This document shows, one piece after another, positions 29,084 through 37,952 of a stretch of DNA of 64,000 bases (within the stretch, counting starts at the first letter, position 1; every line of letters starts with the position of its first letter). The stretch lies in sequence record OZ196212.1; one strand, 5' to 3'. Made by a program: the position numbers and the translations under genes. The notes under the pieces were generated by a model. It ran no database searches and was not told the DNA's origin. It saw only the letters and a program-made list of their open reading frames with translations.

Positions 29084-30139
29084 TTATGAGCGGTAGATTA
29101 CGTGATCTCGTCCCATCGCATCCCATGTACCAAGATGCATTCCGTTCTTGACTGCGTCCATGAGCGATGCATTGTCACGAATCGCTTCTTTCGGTAAACA
29201 CACTAGACCGCTTGTCTTCAGTGCAAGAAGTTCAAGCTCTTCCACCAATTCTTCGCCACGATTACCACTGTATTCAAAATGGCTAAACCAAAAGCCAATT
29301 TTGCCATATTTGCTATCAAGAACATAGTCAACATCAAAACCGCGCAACGCTCTTTTAAGGTCGCTCGGCTTGCCATTAAACTTGCGCTTCGTCTCGCTAT
29401 GTTCAGCACCAGCCCTTGAAATAAGTCGTTTCTTCTCTGCATCGCTAATATCATCCCATCCCACAAAGTTCTTCTTGAACTGATTCATCCATGCTTCACC
29501 GGTCATCGGGCTACTGTGGAACTTTTTCTTCGTATCTGCGATTGCCTGTGCATATCTCGCGTTAATCTCATGCGAATAGTTCTGATATTCCGCGTGTGTA
29601 GCTCTGTGACCGCTTTTAGCGTGATTAATGAAGTCTTTATCGATGTAAGCACGTTTGCGCCCTGAGTGGTCATACGTCCCGTCTGCATCGCTCGTGCTAA
29701 AGTCTTCAATATCGCCAGAACGCCAGTTATCATACGCATGTTGCAGTTCGTGAATGGCAGTTGAGATAATTGATTCTTTCTGCACTCTGAATTTCGGCAT
29801 GATTTGATCGACGCTAGTTATGCCAGTCAAGTTCACCACAAGCTCCAAATGCCCTGCTTCGTTCGCTGTTGGGTCATGCAAAGCACCATTCCATACGCCA
29901 AGCGTTGTTGGTGATGCGTTATCAAGCTTCAGATAAGCTATGATGCCCGCTTTTAGCAGTTCGTTGAACTCATCTTCGTCTGTGTGAATGCGAAGGTCTT
30001 TGGTATTGACTGCTAAGTTGTTCGGGTTGAACGGCTTGGTGTGTAAAGCGCGTTCAAGTTTGCGTTCTAGGTCATCAACGATTACTCTCGCTGCTTGTTC
30101 TAGCGCACGTTGTGAGGTAACACTTTCAATAATAATCAT
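29084..30139 (-). CDS. zincin-like metallopeptidase with short I-I-E leader
   Basis: HELQH plus downstream HEINAR; CCTAAATA upstream. Confidence 0.7.
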   Translation of the reverse strand: MIIIESVTSQRALEQAARVIVDDLERKLERALHTKPFNPNNLAVNTKDLRIHTDEDEFNELLKAGIIAYLKLDNASPTTLGVWNGALHDPTANEAGHLELVVNLTGITSVDQIMPKFRVQKESIISTAIHELQHAYDNWRSGDIEDFSTSDADGTYDHSGRKRAYIDKDFINHAKSGHRATHAEYQNYSHEINARYAQAIADTKKKFHSSPMTGEAWMNQFKKNFVGWDDISDAEKKRLISRAGAEHSETKRKFNGKPSDLKRALRGFDVDYVLDSKYGKIGFWFSHFEYSGNRGEELVEELELLALKTSGLVCLPKEAIRDNASLMDAVKNGMHLGTWDAMGRDHVIYRS

Positions 30140-30156
30140 CTTTTTTCTCGTAATGG

Positions 30157-30205
30157 TTGACTGTATTCTGTATTTAGGTTAGTATCTATCTCATCGAAAC
30201 GAAAC
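30157..30205. promoter_or_regulatory. + early promoter overlapping a - late promoter
   Basis: TTGACT-17-TAGTAT and ATCGAAACGAAAC on +; CCTAAATA at 30171-30178 on -. Confidence 0.7.
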
Positions 30206-30217
30206 ACGGAAAATATT

Positions 30218-30877
30218 ATGAAAAACTTAGAAGCACGCAAACTGATTCACAACACGTTCTACGAACAGCCATTTCAGTGTACAGTTGATATGGAAGTGAT
30301 GCGCGATAAAAAACAACCAATTGTTTTGCGCAAAGAGACTCCATACACGTTGTTCTTATTCAACGCAAAAAAGCGTGGTATGCGTTATCACTTCGGCGAT
30401 AGAGACCCGCAATACATATGTGACGTTGAACACGAGCCACGCGACATCATGGCACGTTTAATCATCGAAAAGCGTCGTCAATATGCTGCTTTGGTTTCAA
30501 TCCCGTGGGACAGCCACGAATATGACGTGCATGAGCCTGCAATTGCAATCATTCAGAAGATGATCACTAAGCCTAAACGCTTTCATGTTGCTGCTGCTAT
30601 TAACGAAACTATGTGTATCAGCCCAGCAAACTGCAAGATTGTGTTAGTTGACAAAGACACAGATGTGAAATTTGTCGCTGAGTATAATGGTCGTACTGGT
30701 TTTAGACTTTTACAACCAAGTGTATTTACAAGCGACGAAGCAACTGTTATAGTGAATTGCATGAACCAACTCATTAGTGATTCGCAAAAAGCGCGATGGG
30801 AACTTGAACAATCACGCAAAGAAGCACGCAAAAACAAACATCGTAACGAATTAATGCAACAATACTGCGGAGAATAA
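30218..30877 (+). CDS. hypothetical early protein
   Basis: ORF. Confidence 0.8.
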   Translation: MKNLEARKLIHNTFYEQPFQCTVDMEVMRDKKQPIVLRKETPYTLFLFNAKKRGMRYHFGDRDPQYICDVEHEPRDIMARLIIEKRRQYAALVSIPWDSHEYDVHEPAIAIIQKMITKPKRFHVAAAINETMCISPANCKIVLVDKDTDVKFVAEYNGRTGFRLLQPSVFTSDEATVIVNCMNQLISDSQKARWELEQSRKEARKNKHRNELMQQYCGE

Positions 30878-30880
30878 GAC

Positions 30881-31273
30881 ATGGCTTACCAAGTAATCAA
30901 CGGCAAACTACAGAAAATCAAGAAAGATAAACCACGCGACTACGACAAAGAGTGGAACAAGATGCAAGAAGTGTCGAAAGCGCAAGTTGAAATTCTTAAC
31001 CGCATTCGTGAGCGTGATGAAATCAACTCACTCGATACACGCCAACGCCATGAAGCGATGATTGAACTTGCTAAACGCAACGAGCGCAAAGGTAAGAAAG
31101 GCGGTGACTGTAACGTAACTCAGTGTCAAAACCCAGGTGCAAGCTCTTACAACACTGCTATGAGAGCGTATTACTGCGAGTCTTGTGCTCATGACATTTG
31201 GCAAGCAGGTCAACGTGACGGTCGCGACTTCATTCGCCCGACGCCTGATTACACTTACAAGTACGAGGGTTAA
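30881..31273 (+). CDS. hypothetical protein with Cys cluster
   Basis: CNVTQC...YCESCA. Confidence 0.75.
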   Translation: MAYQVINGKLQKIKKDKPRDYDKEWNKMQEVSKAQVEILNRIRERDEINSLDTRQRHEAMIELAKRNERKGKKGGDCNVTQCQNPGASSYNTAMRAYYCESCAHDIWQAGQRDGRDFIRPTPDYTYKYEG

Positions 31274-31276
31274 GCT

Positions 31277-31528
31277 ATGTGGGGGGATTTTGGAAATTTC
31301 TTATTGTTCATACTGTCATTGATGTACGCCATCTTTAACGTGATGGCGGGTGGTGCAGTAGTAATCACACTACTCGACCGTGAATGGTCTATCAAGCGAG
31401 TCTTGATGATGATTCTCGCGCCTATCGGTGCAGTTGGCGGGTTTTGTGTGGGGTTGATACTCGTAGCGGCTGGTTTTGTGTTTGACAAGCTTGTTGCTGT
31501 CGATTGGGATAAAAAGAGGAAGTTCTAA
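31277..31528 (+). CDS. two-TM membrane protein
   Basis: hydrophobic segments. Confidence 0.7.
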   Translation: MWGDFGNFLLFILSLMYAIFNVMAGGAVVITLLDREWSIKRVLMMILAPIGAVGGFCVGLILVAAGFVFDKLVAVDWDKKRKF

Positions 31529-31770
31529 TGAATGATTTTCTAATTGTAGTGTTTGTTATGTCACAAATATTTGCTACTGTAGGTGCAGCGATCATGTTCG
31601 CAATGGCACTTCACAAGGGCGAATACTCCATCTTAACTGTGATCGTGTGTGTATATGGCATCATTGGTACAGTATTCACGGGGATTGTATTATCGCTCAT
31701 TGCACTGTCAATCAAAATCGAAGAGTCTCGATTCTGGGAATTTATAACTAAACCAAGGAACATCAAATGA
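31528..31770 (+). CDS. two-TM membrane protein
   Basis: hydrophobic segments. Confidence 0.7.
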   Translation: MNDFLIVVFVMSQIFATVGAAIMFAMALHKGEYSILTVIVCVYGIIGTVFTGIVLSLIALSIKIEESRFWEFITKPRNIK

Positions 31771-32105
31771 GGCACGCAATTCTGCTAGATCACTTAACAC
31801 CGGGTGTTGTGACTGTACTCGAATACGTATATCGACCAGGGTTTCATGATCACCCGTCGCTTATTCACACTAACATTCGCACACGTTTGTTCTACGAAGC
31901 GAACATGGTAGCAATGCAAGCCTCTGACGGTAAGTATAAGCTTGTGAAGAATCGCTACGCAATCAACGCCGATCACGAAGCTATGCGATTCAGTAATATT
32001 ACTGCGATGATTCATTACATGAATGCATTTCTCGCAGAAGCTGAACAGCCATTAATCAAGCACATTGATTTCACGTGTACAACTACAGTAAGGGTACCGC
32101 TATGA
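31767..32105 (+). CDS. hypothetical protein
   Basis: coupled ORF. Confidence 0.7.
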   Translation: MRHAILLDHLTPGVVTVLEYVYRPGFHDHPSLIHTNIRTRLFYEANMVAMQASDGKYKLVKNRYAINADHEAMRFSNITAMIHYMNAFLAEAEQPLIKHIDFTCTTTVRVPL

Positions 32106-32386
32106 GCTTTGAACAAGTAACCGTAATCTATGCAGCTCACGTAACAGAGTGGGAAGCAGGGTGGGGAACACGTCCAGATGGCGTTGTTCTTGGTAAAACA
32201 GCGGCAGCCGTTGTTGCATGTGGTCAGCGAATGGAGGCAAATAAGTCGCCGTCTGGCTATGAGTACATCGGTGAAGTATTCGCACTGAAAGCAAACGAAG
32301 AAGGCATCAAGTTGCTGACTGACAAAACAGAAACTGAATCCGTATGGACTCAAGGGTCTGCAAGCAAATACGGCTCAAAACTATAG
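32102..32386 (+). CDS. hypothetical protein
   Basis: start ATG 32102; EWEAGWGTRPDG. Confidence 0.7.
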   Translation: MSFEQVTVIYAAHVTEWEAGWGTRPDGVVLGKTAAAVVACGQRMEANKSPSGYEYIGEVFALKANEEGIKLLTDKTETESVWTQGSASKYGSKL

Positions 32387-32393
32387 GTGAAAT

Positions 32394-32639
32394 ATGCGTA
32401 TTTCGACTATTCTGTTGATGTACACGCTAACAGCATGTACAATCGTAGATGAAGAGCTACGCATTGCAAACGAGCTTATTATCATTCGTATGGAAAACGA
32501 TAAGCCGAAAGTGCGCGTCGCTACTGGTCTGGAAGACTGCAAGTGGCGCGCAAAGGTCGAAGTTAACGATCTGAGTGACGGTGAACATGAGCTTCATCTT
32601 CAATGCGCAGTATCAACAAATTTAATCAAACCATATTAG
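32394..32639 (+). CDS. hypothetical protein, possible lipoprotein
   Basis: LTAC after short hydrophobic N-terminus. Confidence 0.6.
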   Translation: MRISTILLMYTLTACTIVDEELRIANELIIIRMENDKPKVRVATGLEDCKWRAKVEVNDLSDGEHELHLQCAVSTNLIKPY

Positions 32640-32647
32640 GAAATATC

Positions 32648-32890
32648 ATGGAACTACTATCATTTATCTTCGCAGCATCATTCTTTTTGGGCTTAGGCAT
32701 CATGGCACACTTGCCAATCAGTCTACGCTACAAGGCGGCTAAATTTCGCACTCTATGGGATGCAGCACCACGCCTAACACAATTAGGATTCGTCATTGGC
32801 TTTGTTGGTGTGATTGCATACTACATTGTGTTTTTTGTAGTATGTCAATGGACTAAGTTCTCTAACTCAGATTGGAATAACAAGCGATGA
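32648..32890 (+). CDS. membrane protein
   Basis: start ATG 32648; two hydrophobic segments. Confidence 0.7.
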   Translation: MELLSFIFAASFFLGLGIMAHLPISLRYKAAKFRTLWDAAPRLTQLGFVIGFVGVIAYYIVFFVVCQWTKFSNSDWNNKR

Positions 32891-33078
32891 GACAGCACGA
32901 ATTGCAAGAGTTGGTCGAGAAGCACAACTTCGATTTCGACATCGCGTGCAATGAGTATAACGAGACACGCTACCAAGTAGTGTGTCAAGGTAACGTTATA
33001 TTCGAATCATACAACGAATACTGCGTCGTATCGTTCTTAGAGGGCGTTCAGTGGGTACGTAAGGGATTCGAACTATGA
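32887..33078 (+). CDS. hypothetical protein
   Basis: ATGA overlaps at both ends. Confidence 0.7.
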   Translation: MRQHELQELVEKHNFDFDIACNEYNETRYQVVCQGNVIFESYNEYCVVSFLEGVQWVRKGFEL

Positions 33079-33251
33079 TTCTATTGTATTGCGAAGACGA
33101 AAATCAGTACATCGTACAGGTCGGGTGTGATGTGTGTATGCACCCGCGCAAAGATAAAGCAACTGACTTCAAGACTCGCGAGTGTGCGCAAGCGTACATT
33201 GACAAGTGGGAATTGTGGGAATTGTGGGAATGGGAGATTGTAGAATGTTGA
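33075..33251 (+). CDS. hypothetical protein (58 aa, WEL repeats)
   Basis: hand-translated; ends KWELWELWEWEIVEC. Confidence 0.6.
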   Translation: MILLYCEDENQYIVQVGCDVCMHPRKDKATDFKTRECAQAYIDKWELWELWEWEIVEC

Positions 33252-33544
33252 TCAATAAACGAATTGAGCAGCGACAAGCAAGCGATGCAGAGTTCGAGCA
33301 ATACAGACGCGGTCAAGCTGCGAGAAAGATCAGTGGTGAGCTGATTCGCAACTTGTCTGATGAAAAAGACACGTTCTTGGTCGCTACTTATGTGCTGTAC
33401 AAAGAGCACGATGTCGATATCGTTCGCAAGTTGCTACGTTACAATGGCATCAATGCGACCGTTAAAGTAGTGCCAGTTGTTGGTCAGTTGATGGACTGTT
33501 TGAACAAAATTCATGGAATCGGGTTTAGCGTCTGGGTTAAATAA
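33245..33544 (+). CDS. hypothetical protein
   Basis: start ATG 33245 behind GGAG. Confidence 0.7.
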   Translation: MLINKRIEQRQASDAEFEQYRRGQAARKISGELIRNLSDEKDTFLVATYVLYKEHDVDIVRKLLRYNGINATVKVVPVVGQLMDCLNKIHGIGFSVWVK

Positions 33545-33828
33545 TGATAGTTAATATTACTCATTCATCATTTGACATCTACATCGGACGCGGAACGCCA
33601 TTCGGGAATCCATTCAAAAGTGGGAAAGACGGCACTCGCAGCGAAGTTATTGCGCTTTATCGCGAGTGGTTACGCTTACAACTGCAAGACGACGAATTCA
33701 AAGCAATGTTTTTGAAGCTAAGAGGCAAGACATTGGGTTGTCATTGTAAACCCAAAGCGTGTCACGGCGATGTGATTTTAGAAGAACTTGATCGATTGAG
33801 TAGCCCATTGAACAACTTTATAGGTTAA
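33544..33828 (+). CDS. DUF4326-like protein
   Basis: YIGRGTPFGNPF..LRGKTLGCHCKP.ACHGDVI. Confidence 0.85.
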   Translation: MIVNITHSSFDIYIGRGTPFGNPFKSGKDGTRSEVIALYREWLRLQLQDDEFKAMFLKLRGKTLGCHCKPKACHGDVILEELDRLSSPLNNFIG

Positions 33829-33831
33829 ACT

Positions 33832-34125
33832 ATGAGAGAAGCAATCAACTTAATCAAAAACACCAAAATGAGCTACACGGACATAAGCCCATTTGGTGAA
33901 CCATCGCTGTACGTACACGCAGGTCATGATACTGTATTGAAAGTGACGTACACAGAAGACTGTTATTCGTTTTACGACTATCGCAGTCAATACTTGTATG
34001 AAGATCAAGACCTAGAAGATCTTGAGATTCACTTAAAATCAATCAATGTAGGTCTTGATGACGACTTGCCACTAAACGGCTTTGTTGACGAAGATACTAT
34101 ACCAGACGGAGTATTTCTTCAATGA
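33832..34125 (+). CDS. hypothetical protein
   Basis: ORF. Confidence 0.7.
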   Translation: MREAINLIKNTKMSYTDISPFGEPSLYVHAGHDTVLKVTYTEDCYSFYDYRSQYLYEDQDLEDLEIHLKSINVGLDDDLPLNGFVDEDTIPDGVFLQ

Positions 34126-34988
34126 AATTTAGCGAATATCAAACCGAGTTGAACGAAGCATTTGATCGCCCTGCACAAATCACAAAGCGAGACATGCAAG
34201 GGTCGCATTTCACACTTGGTGACACGCAATATCTAATCGAAATCTACCCAACGAGCGCACATGGAAATCAGAAAGCACTCGATGTATCGTTTCGCTCGAA
34301 GAAAGCAGGCGAACATCGCTATTCATACGGTTTGACCGGCGGCGATCCCAAAGATGCAATGACAGTATTTGCGACTGTAATCTCAGAGATTAAACGCGAA
34401 GTTGAGTTGCACCCCGAAATCGCAAAGGTTAAGTTCAGTGCATTTGAAGACTCAAATCGCGATGACGCAGCGAAACGAGCACGCTTGTACAAACGCATGG
34501 CTGAGAAGTTTGCAAAGCAACTTGGATATAAGCTGAACGTGTACGGTAGTGGCTCTGGTCAAGCGTATGTCATGGAAAAGATCGTAGAACTACCTGAACC
34601 GACTGGATATTCAAAGCAATGGGGTCAAGAAGAACTCGATTTGTATGAAATCAACGACTCTGCGGTCTGCAAAGTTATCGGGGCTGATACTGGTCAATGG
34701 TCACTTGCAAACGGAGCGAAGCTGATTCTAGCGCGTGGTAAAGTAACACTCACGACGGGTCCGATTCAGTCAGTTGATAGTTGGTGGGATGCGTTTCATG
34801 AGCTTGAGTGGTACAACGACGAAGAAGGCGAACAGTTCTACGACGATGAACAACGTATTTGCGAAGTCGCAGGTAAAATCTGGGTAATTGGTGATATGAC
34901 TATCACGATATGGCCTAATGCATCAACATTAGAGCGTGATGCTGAATTAGAGTTGACTAGCGCAACGCGAATGGCACTTGAATTCTAA
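34122..34988 (+). CDS. hypothetical protein with internal-protein-like leader
   Basis: MKFSEYQTELNE leader; TG..AMTVFATV..F.A..RARLY domain. Confidence 0.8.
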   Translation: MKFSEYQTELNEAFDRPAQITKRDMQGSHFTLGDTQYLIEIYPTSAHGNQKALDVSFRSKKAGEHRYSYGLTGGDPKDAMTVFATVISEIKREVELHPEIAKVKFSAFEDSNRDDAAKRARLYKRMAEKFAKQLGYKLNVYGSGSGQAYVMEKIVELPEPTGYSKQWGQEELDLYEINDSAVCKVIGADTGQWSLANGAKLILARGKVTLTTGPIQSVDSWWDAFHELEWYNDEEGEQFYDDEQRICEVAGKIWVIGDMTITIWPNASTLERDAELELTSATRMALEF

Positions 34989-34990
34989 TA

Positions 34991-35013
34991 AAAACCCCGA
35001 AAGGGGTTTTTTT
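34991..35013 (+). terminator. intrinsic terminator
   Basis: aaaacccc-GAAA-ggggtttt plus Ts. Confidence 0.9.
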
Positions 35014-35035
35014 AGGGCTGAATGAAAGAAAGTGG

Positions 35036-35083
35036 TTGCACGTAACTGATAAAATGCCTATTATAGCTCTATCGAAACGAAAC
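35036..35083 (+). promoter_or_regulatory. early promoter
   Basis: TTGCAC-17-TATTAT; ATCGAAACGAAAC. Confidence 0.8.
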
Positions 35084-35103
35084 AACGACCTCAAGGGGAA
35101 GTA

Positions 35104-35421
35104 ATGAACATCACTGGTAAAATGCATATCGAATGCACAGCGTTTGTATCTCTGCCGTGGAACAGTCGCAAAACGCACTGTCTTGTTGGTAAGATGTCAG
35201 AACACATGAACGAATCGTTCAACAATCGCGATGACGGTACAATTGAAACAAGCAACATCAATTACATTGACATCGTAGATGGCGTCGTGTACGCTATAAC
35301 TCACTCAAAGAGTCGTTACGAGCTAACAAACGTAACGGTCGAGCAAATCACCGAAATGGTTGAACGTCACAACTCACGTGACCAAGCACCAGTCATCGGT
35401 CTATTCACAAACGAATTTTAA
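35104..35421 (+). CDS. hypothetical protein
   Basis: ORF with RBS. Confidence 0.75.
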   Translation: MNITGKMHIECTAFVSLPWNSRKTHCLVGKMSEHMNESFNNRDDGTIETSNINYIDIVDGVVYAITHSKSRYELTNVTVEQITEMVERHNSRDQAPVIGLFTNEF

Positions 35422-35448
35422 TCACATTACTTTATTGAGAGAATTATT

Positions 35449-35781
35449 ATGAAAACACTAGTTAACTACACTGCTGCAATCGAACTAACTACTAAAACTT
35501 TCGCTGAGAACGGTCGTCTAAAAGGTCGCTTCTATGCGTCTCGTGTTGGTCACGAAGCTGGTGTCGAAGACAAGACCGCTCCTGTTAAGTCTTTCAAAGT
35601 GATTGACAATAAAGTATACGCTGAGACAGCATCAAGCGTGTTCCACGTTCGCAATCTGAACGGCACGTCGCTTGCTGAGTTCAACACACTGAATCTGCCA
35701 GTGTACGTGAAGAAAGCTGATCCGGTAATGGACGAGCTAATCAACACGATTGCAATGTCTAACGCGGCTGAACAGTCGTAA
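35449..35781 (+). CDS. hypothetical protein
   Basis: ORF with RBS. Confidence 0.75.
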   Translation: MKTLVNYTAAIELTTKTFAENGRLKGRFYASRVGHEAGVEDKTAPVKSFKVIDNKVYAETASSVFHVRNLNGTSLAEFNTLNLPVYVKKADPVMDELINTIAMSNAAEQS

Positions 35782-36236
35782 TGTTCCCGAAGAACTCGCA
35801 ATACTATGACTTGGTGTACCTAGAAATCGCCAAGACATTTGCAAAGAAGAGCACTTGCAGACAGAAGTCTGTAGGTGCGGTCATTGTCAAAAATGACAGA
35901 ATCATTTCACACGGTTACAATGGTGTTCCTGCGGGTATGACACATTGTAATCAAACAGAAGACTATGATGGTTTAACTCATCGACAATGGTCTGAAATTC
36001 ACGAAATACACGCTGAACAGAACGCGCTTTGCTATGCAGCACGCGCAGGTATATCGACTGAGGGCGCAACGATGTATTGCACAGCGTCTCCGTGTCATAA
36101 CTGCGCAAAACTGATTGTCGCTTCTGGTATCAAGATCTTAATTGTTGGCTCTGTCTATAGTGGTTCGCAAAAAGACTGGCATGTTTGGTTAGAACAGCGT
36201 GGCGTCACCGTAATTACTTTTGACGAATTTGTTTAA
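35781..36236 (+). CDS. cd: dCMP deaminase
   Basis: STCRQKSVGAVIV, HAEQNA, PCHNC. Confidence 0.92.
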   Translation: MFPKNSQYYDLVYLEIAKTFAKKSTCRQKSVGAVIVKNDRIISHGYNGVPAGMTHCNQTEDYDGLTHRQWSEIHEIHAEQNALCYAARAGISTEGATMYCTASPCHNCAKLIVASGIKILIVGSVYSGSQKDWHVWLEQRGVTVITFDEFV

Positions 36237-36283
36237 TATAAGTAATTCGGAATTACAATAGAGACTCAACAAGAGAGATTATT

Positions 36284-37219
36284 ATGAAAAGTACAATGTT
36301 TTTGAATAACATCACGTGCATCGATCATGCGTACGTAGATGAAAATGGTAAGATTAACGGCATGAGCTACAACTTGTGCGTAGAAATCGTTGGTGAAGTA
36401 GATGAAACCGAGCAAGTCGTTATCGACTTCAGCGGCTGCAAGAAAGCTATCAAGCATCTTGTCGATGAGTCCGAGCACGCGATTGATCACAGACTCGTGC
36501 TGATCAACGGCTACAGCGAATACGTAATGGGTGAAGTTGAGAATCGCGCACGCGTTCAAATCGATACACCGATCTTTGGTGCTGTTGCTACAGTTGACGA
36601 CTGGTATCAAGAAATCACTGACGTGACGCTGTTTGAAAATGAGCTGAACATCCCGTCAGATACGAAGTACATGAACTATGTCACCGAGTATCTTGAAGAA
36701 ATGCTGCTAACACAGCTCAAGAAGCTTGGTTATCCAGTCACACACGTCGCTGTAGAGCTTTCAGAGAGCTTTGACTTGCCATCTTGGGCAAACACTCACG
36801 TTGAGTTCAATTACGCTCACGGCTTGCGTTCTAGCTCGTCATACGGCTGTCAGAACATTGCACACGGTCACCGTTCGTTCATCGCAGTTGATTCGATGCT
36901 GAACAGTCGCGGTCGCAAGGTACTGAAGCAAATCGCTGAAGAAATGAGCGGCTACATCGTGTGGAATGAGAACTTGCAAAGCGAACACGAATTATCATAC
37001 ACGTCTGGTCGTGGTAACTTCTACATGTGTATTGACCCAGAAGAAATGGTCGTTATTCCAACTGAAACGACTGTTGAAAATCTAGCAGAATACATCAAGA
37101 ACACGTATCTTGATGAGCTTCAAAAGATTGGTGTTACTCGTATGTGGGTATCAGAGGGTCTTTCTAAAGGCGCTGTTGTAGATATTCAGCTTAACAAAGC
37201 TCTATATACAAAGCAGTAA
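36284..37219 (+). CDS. queD: QueD/PTPS-like, tandem domain
   Basis: VIDFS..K..DH, CQNIAHGH, TVENLA, VSEG. Confidence 0.8.
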   Translation: MKSTMFLNNITCIDHAYVDENGKINGMSYNLCVEIVGEVDETEQVVIDFSGCKKAIKHLVDESEHAIDHRLVLINGYSEYVMGEVENRARVQIDTPIFGAVATVDDWYQEITDVTLFENELNIPSDTKYMNYVTEYLEEMLLTQLKKLGYPVTHVAVELSESFDLPSWANTHVEFNYAHGLRSSSSYGCQNIAHGHRSFIAVDSMLNSRGRKVLKQIAEEMSGYIVWNENLQSEHELSYTSGRGNFYMCIDPEEMVVIPTETTVENLAEYIKNTYLDELQKIGVTRMWVSEGLSKGAVVDIQLNKALYTKQ

Positions 37220-37226
37220 TTAAAAG

Positions 37227-37255
37227 TTTAATAGCACGCACCGTCGTGCTATTAT
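37227..37255 (+). promoter_or_regulatory. promoter inside a 10-bp inverted repeat
   Basis: TTTAAT-17-TATTAT; arms taatagcacg 37229-37238 / cgtgctatta 37245-37254. Confidence 0.75.
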
Positions 37256-37280
37256 TCATTCTCACTAACAAGGAGCTACA

Positions 37281-37949
37281 ATGCTAGACAGAAACAAAAC
37301 AAATCCCGAGCTAGGTGCTCAGGTCGAAGCGCATCTTAAATCTATCGGGATGCACACGCCGACTGTTGATAACGGTTTATCTGACGAACAGAAGCGTGTA
37401 CTGCTTGAGAAACACTTCACAACAATCATGGAAACTCTAGGTCTCGACTTGAGCGACGATTCGCTTCAAGACACACCGAACCGATGGGCTAAAATGATGG
37501 TCAACGACTTAATGGCTGGTCTTTCATCGGATTTATTCCCGAAATGTACTGCTGTTGACAACAAAATGAACTACGATCAGATGGTTTGTGAAAAAGGCAT
37601 TAGCGTTCTATCGCAGTGTGAACATCACATTCAGACTATCGACGGGTTCGCGACTGTTGCTTACATTCCAAAACAGAAAGTTCTTGGTCTATCTAAAATG
37701 AATCGCATCGTTGAGTATTTCGCTCGTCGTCCGCAGATTCAAGAGCGTCTTACTGTTCAAATCGCTGAAGCACTCAAGTTCATTCTTGAAACTGACGACG
37801 TAGCGGTATTGATTGATGCTCGACACTACTGTGTGAAAGCACGTGGCGTTGAAGATAGCGGCTCAAGCACTGTCACAAGTCATCTATCAGGCGCATTTCG
37901 TAACGAGCCAGAAGCACGTGCGGAATTTATGTCTCTTTCACGAGGTTAA
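37281..37949 (+). CDS. folE: GTP cyclohydrolase I
   Basis: DTPNRWAKM, SQCEHH, GLSKMNRIV, QIQERLT, HYCVKARG. Confidence 0.97.
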   Translation: MLDRNKTNPELGAQVEAHLKSIGMHTPTVDNGLSDEQKRVLLEKHFTTIMETLGLDLSDDSLQDTPNRWAKMMVNDLMAGLSSDLFPKCTAVDNKMNYDQMVCEKGISVLSQCEHHIQTIDGFATVAYIPKQKVLGLSKMNRIVEYFARRPQIQERLTVQIAEALKFILETDDVAVLIDARHYCVKARGVEDSGSSTVTSHLSGAFRNEPEARAEFMSLSRG

Positions 37950-37952
37950 TGA

